A stretch of DNA of 64,000 bases from Lingula anatina (taxonomy: Eukaryota > Animalia > Brachiopoda): contig CM120648.1 of assembly GCA_051362555.1 (NCBI GenBank), forward strand, positions 1,155,721 through 1,219,720. The letters are read 5' to 3'. The notes under the pieces were generated by a model. It saw nothing but the letters and a program-made list of their open reading frames with translations, did no database searches and had not been told where the DNA came from. The position numbers and the translations under genes were made by a program. Shown piece by piece: positions 40,431 through 51,706 of this stretch (its first letter is position 1; each line of letters opens with the position of its first letter).

Positions 40431-42118
40431 GGTCCCTGGAATTTCAACTTCGACATTATTTTTTCCACGCCTTTCTACCATTGTCAGTTACGTGTATCTA
40501 GATATCTCAGTATTACTTAGTCTTAGACAATCTTTCAAACACTGAACATTCGGTTTGAGATATCTTTTTTCTTAAGATGGCGCGTAACCTGGTAACGAAC
40601 GGCAAATTGTTTTAATAAGTGCTTTGTAAAAAAAATTTTTAGTCTATTGTTCTTGAACTAGGTGCAGAGAAACATGGAAAGTATCACATACGTGTATTTA
40701 AATATATTTTTGACATGCTCTCAGTTGATAGCACAATACTCAATTTGATGACGTCACAAACAAACACTAGCACGTTGGTATCTTTTTTATCACCTGTCAC
40801 CTGCGGCGTGACCAAACTTCTAAGGCGTGACAGTGTGAATGACTCTTTGCTGAAGGTTAAACCTGACAAATTAATCAACGTTTCAAATTATGTAAAGATT
40901 AAAATCTAAGGACATATTTTAGATCTTTCTTAAGAGATAAATGCCAAGAATTAGGGATAAAAAATCCAGGACTCTTACAAGTATAACACATTAGGCCTAA
41001 TCCGCACCACATAACGTCTTGAAGTCGGAATGCAGCTTTGATGACATCAAAGTTATGCCGTGTGAATTCCCAACGTCTCTTTGCCATGCATAACTAAGAA
41101 AACTGGACAATATCAGAAACCTTTGGGAGTTAGCGGCCCTTGTCGCAGGGCATGGGCGTGGCAGTGGGGGGGGGGGGGGGGGGGGGCAACGACGTTGGGC
41201 TCTGGTGTAAACTTCACAGGATACCAACGCGCAACCACCATTCACGAGAACGAGGATCCTAGAAGGTGCACCGAAACGTTGTGGTTTGCTAGTGTAAACC
41301 CTAATTAAAGGATAACTCAGTTTTATATCCAGAGACCACAGAAAACCTCTTTCACAGTAATCATGTTGAGTTGAAAATGGACCCGAAGAACACTTGGTTA
41401 GCTTACCTTTTATTCTTTTTCTATAAGTCTGATCACGCTCGCTCTACCCTCCTTATTACAAAAAAGACGCACCTCCGTATACCAAGCCGTTAAACTACGC
41501 CTAGGATAGTTAGTATGCAACTTATAGCGTAACGTCTGGGGTCGACTGCTTAAAGTGAATGTGCACGGGATAAAGGCAGGACATAAATAATGTCGAATTT
41601 CCATGAGGTCACTTACAATTTATAAACTAGTAATTTCCATCATGACTATATCTAGATGCATATTTCAAAATATCCTATAAACCTACATCTGGGTGAGTTT
41701 TCTTGGCTTAAGCAAGTAAATAGTGTTGAAATTCTTTGCATGTTGCCTTTCCTCCCGAATGTAATTTTCGTAACGGGTGGTAATTTTATGCTCACCCCCC
41801 CCCCCTGCCCCCCCCCCCCCCCAAAAAAAAAGGCATAGGATTTAAGATGTTCATGTAGCTGTACATGTAAGACAATAGAATGCTCCCTTTAAAAACAGGA
41901 AGTAACAAATCTCATCCTCAATTTTGTGTCATAAAAAAGGTAAGGTGTACACGCTATTTGATATGCACACGGCAGTTCTGTACAATAGCAGCTGTAGGGG
42001 GGCAATGTATAAATAGCAATATCTATAGATGTTTTTTCCTGTCCTGTATTTTGTTCGCATCCCGATAACAATACGTTTGGGTCGTGAAGCTGAATCTGTC
42101 CACCTGCGCTCGTGCATA

Positions 42119-42222
42119 CCCAGCAAACAAGTCAGGTGTCATGTGACTAGCACGTTGCTATGACGTAATAATTTGGTAGCATCGTGCTAGCCACGTGATT
42201 CGAATGTGACGTGTTTGCTGGG
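42119..42222. mobile_element. 104-bp MITE, CCCAGCAAACA...TGTTTGCTGGG, TA TSD (EnSpm/CMC-like)
   Basis: 11-bp perfect TIR, TA duplicated at 42117-18 and 42223-24. The paralogous empty site is at ~36730-36742 (CGTGCG-TA-GGTAC). Confidence 0.85.
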
Positions 42223-42311
42223 TAGGTGCAAAAAGACGAGAGTAGTGGATTCTGGGTAAACAGGTATGTCTGTGCTCTCCTTGTGTGACTTAATTAACGT
42301 ACATGTACATA

Positions 42312-43255
42312 GCCCAACTTTAAATTCAACAAACGTAACTTACGCACCGTGGTACTTTAGGTACTTAAGGTAGTTTTGCCTTAACCGTTTAGATGATGTG
42401 GAAATAAGCATAACTCTTATGTACTGTCCTGTCACGTCTAAAATGCATCAGGATGAATTTGATAATTTGATAACAGTAGAGTTTTGGGTTTAAATACATC
42501 GGTTTGGGGGTGAAAATACCAGATTCAATCAGATCTCTCCCACCACAACTACAAACCTCTTCTTAACGCCTTTTATCCACGACAAAAATACTACAAATCG
42601 GAGCAAGAAACGTTTCTGGAAGTCTTACTGCTGATTGTTTTTAGTAAAGAGACAAAATAATGCCTCTGTTTGACGGTCTTGGGTATAGGTAAACCAGTGA
42701 TAATCTGTTAAAATATTGACATCACTTATGTGAATTACCTGCCTTGCATCTTCATGAACAATCATTTTTCATGTTTTCAATAAAGCCAATGTAAAATTCA
42801 ACAAACATACAACTTACGCACCGCGGTACTTTAGGTATACTTAAGGTATTTTTGCCTTATCCGTTTAGCTGATGTGGAAATAAACATAGCTTTTATGTAT
42901 TATTCTGTCACATCTAAATTGCATCAGGATGAGTGCGATAATTTGAGCTGACGACGTGACAGTAGAGCTTTAGGTGAAAATACATCGGTTTGGGGGTGAA
43001 AATACCAGATTCAACCAGATCTCTCTCACCGTAACAACTACAAACCTCTTCTTAACGCCTTTTTATCCACGACAAAATACTACAAATCGGAGCAAGAAAC
43101 GTTTCTGGAAGTCTTCCTTCTGATAGTCTTTGGTAAAGACACAAAATAATGCCTTTGTTTGACGGTCTTGATAGTTTGTTAAAATATTGACATCACTTAT
43201 ATGAATTACGCCTTGCATCTTCATGAGCAATCATTTTTCACGTTTTTAATAAGTA
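42312..43255. repeat. ~470-bp tandem duplication in the B/C intergenic spacer
   Basis: 42312-42780 and 42785-43255 are both homologous to the single segment at ~36817-37290. Confidence 0.85.
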
Positions 43256-43950
43256 ACAGTACCAACCCAGGAAATAAAATGGAAGGCTAAATTTGTAGTC
43301 ATATTTTCGTTTATTTATTTATTTATATTATAATATCTAAAGTTATCCCAATAAAGTGTATTTAGGTGCATGCAAGTAGTTTTAATTGACATAATCTCAT
43401 TTTAAACATCAAGTTTAAAACATCAAAAACTACTGAATTCTACGTCCTTCCAAGTCCAAAAGAAAAATATACAATATGAATAAAATGTCGTTTTTCACTA
43501 TACATTTCCTCAAAATATCGGAAAATATCAAAATTAATTCACAAATTTAAACTCAGGGCATGTTCCAGATGTTATAAATATTGGGTTTTAGACCCCATAA
43601 ATGAGGTTACTTTAGTATTGTATTGCCCTTTGAGAAACATTCATTTTTATACAACAGTTCTACATGCATTATATTGGAATGCACAATTTCTGAATTCAAT
43701 TCCCATACTATGATTAAAGGGAATTAGGTTTGTCATTCAAACGTTTTACAGCAAGAAAATGCAGTGACTGATATAACCGATAGATGGCGCAAGAAACGGT
43801 GACACACTGCGTTGAGGGTGGTTAGGTATTGGAACGTTAACAGGGAATGCAGCGTCTCGTAGATAGCTGGCCCAGGATCCTGGCATGTAAATCAATGAAA
43901 TTCATGTTCTAGGGCAGATAGGGGCCACAGTTAGATACGTTCATTTCAGA

Positions 43951-45897
43951 TTAAAATAGCACGGCTAGGAAACAAATCCCAAAAGCCAATACAGCGGTTC
44001 TGCGGAGAGAGGCAAGAACACGCCAACCAGATCCTGTCACACACTGCGTTGGGGATGGGCTGGTAGGGGGCGTTTGGGTCGTTGGAGTCTGAAGACCATC
44101 TTTTAGGGCCACAACCCTGGTCGCTGCCCCGCTTCCATCAACGTATACCATGTGGAAAACAAACACAGTAGTGCCAGTTTTGGGCAACTTGTCCAGGTTT
44201 GCAATGTTTTCCAAACCTAGAACTCGTGCCTCGAGGAATGAAACGTGGGTCTCGAATAAAACAGTGAACCCGCGGTCGAAGCCTAAAGCATCTATCCCTA
44301 CTCCAAGGATCTGTCGCTCGCTGACAAGCCATTCTCCGGCCTCAGCTGAGAAGCCTGGCCAGTGTGTCCTCGGCACGCCATTCTCGTCAAGAAAATTCTC
44401 ACGGTTATCGGTTCCAAGATATGCCGTGTAATTGTTTACATATTTCCCCCATCCGGTATATAAGAAAACAATGGCATTTTCCGGTATACGCCCGTTTTCT
44501 CTTTCCCACGCCTTGATTTCGTCGACGGTGAGAACTGCGTCCGGGTCGTTTGCAGCCTTTTGGTCGATGTCTATTCTCACAGCGGGGCCAATGAGGCCGT
44601 GAGGGGGGATTTGATGGATTCTCCAAGAGTCTTTGATAAAGTGTGCTGGAGCGTCAAGGTGGGTTCCCATGTGTTCTGGACCACAGAAATTGTTTCTTTC
44701 CATCCTGAAAAATATAGTTCAAATCTTGTTTTGGCTCATCAGACAAGCATCAACGCCAAACTTTCATAACAGTTTGTCTTGGGAGTGCAAATTCATACCT
44801 TGGCATTTATTTTACATCAACCATTATTCTACATAATTCGCTCAGTGAATCATCAAGAACAGGAACAAGTAATTTCTAACATTCAAATAAATATGGGTCA
44901 AGATTTTTAATGAGTGGTCATTTCTATTTAAGAAATCCTTTGGCAGAAGATAGCGGATAGTCCCTTTATCAAAACTGATTTCAAAGAGTATGTCAAGTAA
45001 TGATACATACCACAAATTATTATTCCCGATTATCAGGGGCCCTTTATGGACGCTAAACAACTGAAAGGGGGCTCTACCAACCCACATCACGGTGTCATTG
45101 TTCAACGCATACGTCAAATCCACAGTGTCCTCAGGTTTCGGATTTAATTTGGTGGTCCTAAATGCCAACAAACGTACAAGGGACCCGGTACCATTCTCTA
45201 CGTTCATAGGCAAAGCAGCCAAAGAATACCCTTTCGCCGGGACCTTATGGAGATTAACTGCTCCAACGATGGTGTAGATGTTTCTTCTGTGCAGTGAAGT
45301 GCTTGCGGTGTATGAGGAACTGGGGCCAATACCAGGGGAGTCAATGCCCACCCCATACACTGTTGTGTTCTCTGCAAGCCACAGAGCAGCTTCATCGGAT
45401 ATCCCGGGGTGATTGGTCGTTGGTTCTCCGTTTATCAAGAACGAGGCAGCATCAGTTCCAAAGTAAGCAGTTTTGTTTCCATAATGCTTGGACCATCCCG
45501 TTTGAATGAGTAGGATAGCGTTGTCGGGTATTCGGCCATGTTGGCTTTCCCAGCTGTTTAGGTCGCTCACCAATAAATTGTAGTTGCTGTTATTCTCGAC
45601 CTTCATTGAAACGTCTACTTTCACCACAGAACCAAAGAACCTGTGCGGTGGAATCTCGTTGATGTACCATCTGTTTTGCGCCCATCGCGCAGGCGCAAGG
45701 AGGGTAGTGCCCACTATGTCCGACCCACAAATATCATTGTCTTCTAGCCTACAGTGACAGAGATAAAAAAAGAAGATCCTCACAATCTTTAAAAAGGTTT
45801 GTGGTTTGTGGTTTTCGCTTGACAGGTAGCTCAATCTATCGCTGTTTCTTTTGATTGCGTTTTTTGGCATACAGGAAGAAATGTGGAGGCTGAATTG

Positions 45898-45961
<64 letters not shown>

Positions 45962-46437
45962 ATGGCCTACTGAACAGAAGCCCACCTAGTTGACTTAGAA
46001 GTACGATAGAATTTTTATTTCTAAATTAGTCAAAAAGTTCACTTTTCAACTTTGCTCGGGTAAAAATATATAATTTCTGACGGGATCAACATTAAATATG
46101 TATTAATTTTTATAACAATTAGGCCTACCAATGAGTATGCTCATCACCAAAACCGAAAAGATTGAAAATATTGTGGTTCTTTCTATTTCTAGCTTGTAGA
46201 GAGTGGAGTAGTAAAAAATTGTAATATCACGTACCATCCTGCTCCGTACACCCACGGTCCTCTGTGGATACGAGTGTAGTTGAATCCCACACCTCCAGGA
46301 AACACGGGAGTATCTGGATGCAAATGGTGCGTCAAGTCAATGACTTCATTGGCCTTTGGACTCCACGTGACACCCCCGTGATCGTCTGCACGTGCAAGAC
46401 ACGCTGTTACCAATAACAGGAAATGATGATGATGCAT
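43951..46437 (-). CDS. Secreted/GPI-anchored tandem cyclase-domain protein, copy C, 564 aa
   Basis: Exons 46437-46235, 45748-45011, 44704-43951 with the same exon lengths. Motif EHMGTHLDAPAH. Confidence 0.9.
45900..45959. repeat. T60 homopolymer in intron 1 of cyclase copy C
   Basis: Direct read. Confidence 0.9.
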
Positions 46438-47891
46438 GGTCCCTGGAATTTCAACATCCACATTTTTCTCATTCCCACGCCTTGCAATCAACTTTTATCA
46501 GTTATTTTTTTATAAATTAAAAAATGTCCTTGATAATGGTCGAGGGGCGACATAGGTACATACAGTATATTCATGTACTATGTTTTGTTTTAACGGCAGG
46601 GGGGTGGGCCTACATGTTGATATGTAGTTATATAGCCTAACATAGACAATTCCCGGATTTATGTCTTAAATATAAGAAAAAGTTTTAAATAACATCAATT
46701 TAATGTCAGAAAACCATTTTGATTTCAAATTATGTTGTGTGCCTTCCGGAATATTTCCCATGTTACTTTGTTCTTTGTATACAATACGAAATGTTTGTAA
46801 TGTAACGTAAAGTACGACGTAGGCCTATTAGTATACTATAGTGACAGAAATGAAGCAAATGTTTCTTGAATAAGCTGGCCATTGACGACAAATCTCACTG
46901 GTAGTAATACTACCTTGGTTTTGCTCCCTAGTGTTGTGGCAGGACATGTACTGTTTGCTGCCTCATGTGCTTTACAGGATTAAGGTCGACTTTCTGAATT
47001 GTCCGTTTTAAAAATGTCATTATTTCGTACGCTGAAAATCGCGTTTCAGGGAGAAAAATATACTATTGATACATGGTACCTATACCTGTAATTCATGTGA
47101 AGATTTTAATGGATCTGAAGAACATTTCATTATCTTACCTTTTAGTTTTTTTCTGTAAGCCTGATCCCGCTTGCCCCAACTTTCTACTTACAAAAAAAAA
47201 AAAAACGCAACCGCGTTCACGCTGGGTGGTAACGCCCTGATTAAAGTATGCCACTTGCATAAAGTAGCGTCTGGGTCACCTGCTTAAAGAGACTGTCCCC
47301 AGGATCAAGAACTGGGGGAAATAATGTCGTATTTTCATGGAGTCGCCAACAACTTCTAAACAAGTATTTTTCGACCATGACTCTATTGAAATGGAAATTC
47401 TAAAATGCACAATTAAGCAACATCTTATATTAGTTTTCTTCAACAGTTGGCTTAAGCCAAAGTAACGGTAAGTAGTGCATGCATTCCTTGCACGCTCCCT
47501 TTTCTTGCATTTGTCGTTGTTTTTTTTCCACAAAAACATATTACATATTTATAAGATATAGATACAGACATAAGACAACCAAACGCTATATATCTTTAAT
47601 AACAATCCCCTTGTGATACTCTATCACCAAATATTCACGGCGATTACTTTTAGTTCTTGTTCTAAAGAAGAAAACCGTACAGCAGTTTACTTACTGCCAT
47701 TTAATACACACGACGACACCGCACAATGGGTGCTCTGGAGGTGAAGTATTTAAATAGCAACATCTATAGATGTTTTTTTTTTTACCTGTCCTGTTTGTTA
47801 TTCGTGTTCCGGTCACAATCCCTTTGTGAAGCGAAAGGTCAATGTATCTACTTGCACTGTCACGTTAGTGCAGAGAGATAAGCGCAGTATA

Positions 47892-48026
47892 CAATGACGG
47901 ATTTAGAGGGGGGATCAGGGGGGTCTGGTCCCCTCATGAAATGAAAATTTTGAATAGCTGAATCATAGTTCTAAACCGTACCAAATGGCACCGTTCGCCC
48001 TCTTAAATACCAATTTTTTTCCACGC

Positions 48027-48073
<47 letters not shown>

Positions 48074-48128
48074 GGGAGGGGGGTCAGTTTCCTCGGACCC
48101 CCTTTAAATACTCCTGGATCCGTCCCTG
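47892..48128. mobile_element. MITE with degenerate CA..GACGGAT / ATCCGTCCCTG TIRs and an internal (TG)n
   Basis: CAATGACGGATTTAG...CTGGATCCGTCCCTG; flanks GTATA/CTATA match at 4 of 5 bases. Confidence 0.5.
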
Positions 48129-51100
48129 CTATATCATGGATTCAAGGCAGACAGAGTCCTATACCAAGCTATAGCTAGGCTTGCTGAATGATGACGTTAT
48201 ATAATTTTATTCCATGCAAATTATCCCGCTGTTCACAGTACAAAATGTACAGAATTAGCCGGAGTAACTAAATTATTTCTAAAATCTAAGATTTCCAAAC
48301 TATCCGACTTGAGCACCATAAAGTTATTGTTCCGCTTGACAACAAAGGGCAACTTTTCTTTTTTATCAACGACGGAAAAAAACAATGTTTTCGTGGATAA
48401 ATAGATAGGGCGTTTAGTTTGTGTGACCACCAGAAAACGTTACCCAATATCACGAAACCAAGTTTTCAGAAATATGAAAGCATCACAAAGTATGTCTTGC
48501 TTCGGATGAAGGTGTACTGTACAACTGCATTAACTTTACTCGGAAGACATTTTAAAAAATAACACATTTTGTACGAATAAGACAAACATGTGAAATGTTA
48601 AAACAGGTCAGAATGATATCAACAGCAAATATAAAATGCAGTTTCACAAGGCAGAATAAATAAAGCTAACATGAATAATTCGCTAGCTTACATGAGTATT
48701 TTAAAACTGATTGGTTGTGCTTTCAAACGTTTAATTCTGACATCAGTTTCAAAATAAATGTAAAATAACCTTAACAGATCCAAGCAAGTGATATTTATTT
48801 GCATTGATACCAATTCACTCTTCATTGCATGCAATTCCAATTAGCGCTAAGGTATTCGATGTGATGTTTACATACACATATCAGATACAGAGAGTTTGTC
48901 AATTACCACCACATGTATAGAGATTGGGCATGTTTTAACATATAAAATGCAATGTGTAGTATCTGTACTACATGTGTTATTTTATTCATTTGATTTTTAA
49001 AAATTATGTAAATCAAGATGACAGAGTTTTTTTTTTTTTGCTTAAGGTGTGTGATTACTATGTGAAGAAAATGGCTAGCTTAAGAACCCCTCTCACCCCT
49101 ACCCCCATCCCCCCCCCCCCCAAAAAAAAAAATGAAAAGAAAAAAGAAAGATATTATTTAAAAGAAATACATGTATCTCCGAAGTAAAGTGTAAGATATG
49201 ACGTCTTCTACTTGTGTATTTCTCGTGACCTCTTGGGCATTTTTGAGACATTTCCTTTTTTTTTTTTTTTGATAAACAGAGGGTAACGACACGCCTACAG
49301 GATTGTAAAAAAATTTTACTCCCTTCACTCAAGGGCTAGACTCCAAACATTTCAGTCACTCCTCTTACCGGTAAATCTCCATATTTGCCACTCTAAAAAG
49401 CAGGATATGTCCCGTGCTATCCAGAGCTTTAGTTAGTTATGGGTACCCTCTACCAGGGCCGCAGTTATTATTGTGGACATTTTGGCCGACATCAGACCAA
49501 AATGACTGTCTATTTAATAGAGACAATAACTGTGAATATCTGTGGAAAATCAATCCCCAATCAGTTATGGGGATGTCCAAGTTAAATACCTACTAGTGTT
49601 TTTTTTTTCTTTTCTTTTTGTTTTTTAGCTGGAGTGAACTGATGACATTACATACTGAGCAATGTTATGCACAAGTCCCTTGCAGCTCTTAGTTAACCGC
49701 TGTTTAATGCGACATGAAAAACGAAAGCGAAATAATGTTGCGTGCAAACGTCCCAACTTTAAAATCAGTAACAACCGCAGATGAAAAAGTGTGAGCAATA
49801 TAATGCGATTTATATTTTAAGGCAACATCTTAAGTTTTGTTAAGACTTACCCTAATATTTTTCTCCTAACCTGGTAATGTCTGAAGGTGACCCTAAAATA
49901 ATACCGCAAAGGCTGCCAAAATTGACAGTTTGTTTAACGGGTACGCCCGACCCTCATTTGGGGTTTATGAAACAAAAAATGATTTTAAAAAAACACCGTG
50001 ACTTAAACATTCACTCCTTGAAATAAATAAATAAATAAATTATTAAATTAATAAATAAATGACAAAATAACTGCCGGTCCTAATAATTATCTTCTGTGCT
50101 AGCTAAACATTTTGGTTCAAAGGTTAAAAAAGTCTATTGACCCTGTTTACAGAAAAGCGCCCCTCGTCAACTAAATTATCAATTCTTCTAGCCTCCCACC
50201 AACCACTGAATGACTTCTTGACGTAATTTACATGTATGAATGCATGTCAGGTACTGTTACTGTACGTTGCTATGCCAACACGCTGAATATGCAACCTCCT
50301 GTTGACTTAAAACTCACTAGTCGTGGTTTCATCATTCTGAAGGGGTCACATTGAGAATTTAATTTTATAGGAATGAATGGATGAGCTTTTTTATTTAACT
50401 GTGGTAGATTTAGATATAGGGTGAGCAGGAAAAAATTAAAATTTTTCTAAGGCAGCTCATAGATAAGTACACACACTGGTCAATAGAAGTGTCACCCCAT
50501 GAATCAGAGTAATCAAAGTTATAATGCCTGGTCTACTTGTAATGTGACTAATGAGTATAAAACCGCTGTGCCATGGAATCGTATTGTTGGTATTTTTGTG
50601 GAATTTGATGTTAATAAAATGATACCAGGAGCATATCATTCCACAGTCATTTATCTCCCCCAAAGTATTGGTTCAGTAGGGGTGACACTTCTATTGTACA
50701 TTGTGTGTAGTTTCTTTTTCTTACTGCTCAAACACTAAAAACCTGTGATGAAATTCTCAAAGATATCTGCAGTCTTAATTTTAAAATGATGCCCCGTAAG
50801 AAAGCCCAATTTATGATTTTATCTGAATTCTAGAAGCGCAGAAAAAAAACAGCGATAGGCCTATATCTTGTTACTAAAATGCGACCTCTACGAGTAGGCC
50901 TACATGTAGGCTATGTGGCTTTCAGTTGAATGATAGGCCTACAGGTTTAATATATTTCGGTCATGACAACAGGTGGGCCTACATAAGACAGCTGGCATAG
51001 AAAGGAAATGAAGGCTTTCAGGGAATTTGTTTATGTAGATAAGTAGGCCTGCTCTTGTCACGCAGACTGCATGATGAATTACATATTTAAGTAGAGTGTG

Positions 51101-51132
51101 AGACGGTATTATGGGGTTTGAAAAAATTGAAC

Positions 51133-51288
51133 CAGGGCCGTAGCCTGAGCAAAATGCCAGGGGGGGGGGGGGGGCAGTAAGCGGACACGAGGGGGCGAAG
51201 CTACCGAGGGGGGAGGGTGTGGTGTGTAAAATTCCAAATTCCAGGGGGGGCAGCTGCCCCCCCCTGCCCCCCGGAGGCTACGGCCCTG
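51133..51288. mobile_element. MITE, CAGGGCCGTAGCCT TIR, 5-bp TSD TGAAC (hAT5-like)
   Basis: Perfect 14-bp TIR; TGAAC at 51128-51132 and 51289-51293. Confidence 0.85.
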
Positions 51289-51351
51289 TGAACGGAGCCT
51301 ATATGTGTGCTATAGATAGGCCTACAGACAGACAGACAGAAATGCTAGATG

Positions 51352-51498
51352 CAGGGGCAGATCCAGATATATATTACCTGACAGTCTTCCAAATTATTTT
51401 GGATGTCTTCCGACAGAAAAAATTAGATACCAGTCGATGTAAAATGAAAATATAACCGCCTTCGGGAAGGCCCAGAAGACGGCCTCAATCTGCGCCTG
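51352..51498. mobile_element. MITE, CAGGGGCAGAT TIR, 5-bp TSD AGATG (hAT5-like)
   Basis: CAGGGGCAGAT...ATCTGCGCCTG; AGATG at 51347-51351 and 51499-51503. A second copy is at 9952-10108. Confidence 0.8.
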
Positions 51499-51527
51499 AG
51501 ATGGTCGCATTAATTAGATGCCCACCC

Positions 51528-51640
51528 CTTGTAGTTTCCATTTCGTTGCAGTTGGTGAGACAAAATGTGTCACACCTAGCCTATTTCAAGAATGCGCATG
51601 CGTACAGGGCAGTATCTCACATGTGCTTCCGGTATTAGCA
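51528..51640 (+). promoter_or_regulatory. NOP2 housekeeping-type proximal promoter
   Basis: NRF1-like TGCGCATGCG (51593-51602), ETS/GABP-like CTTCCGG (51626-51632), E-box CACATGTG and a reverse ACTACA motif (~51530), all 75-180 bp upstream of the ATG. Confidence 0.55.
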
Positions 51641-51706
51641 CATGGAAGTGCTACGAACTGGGTGACGGTGTTGAAGCTCTGTTAGCCACGTTTAGCAAAT
51701 TACCCA

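Noticed and set aside
44842-45963. 373-aa ORF with a poly-Lys N-terminus
   Set aside because: It is read-through of the intronic A60 run into cyclase exon 2; the real exon is 45748-45011.
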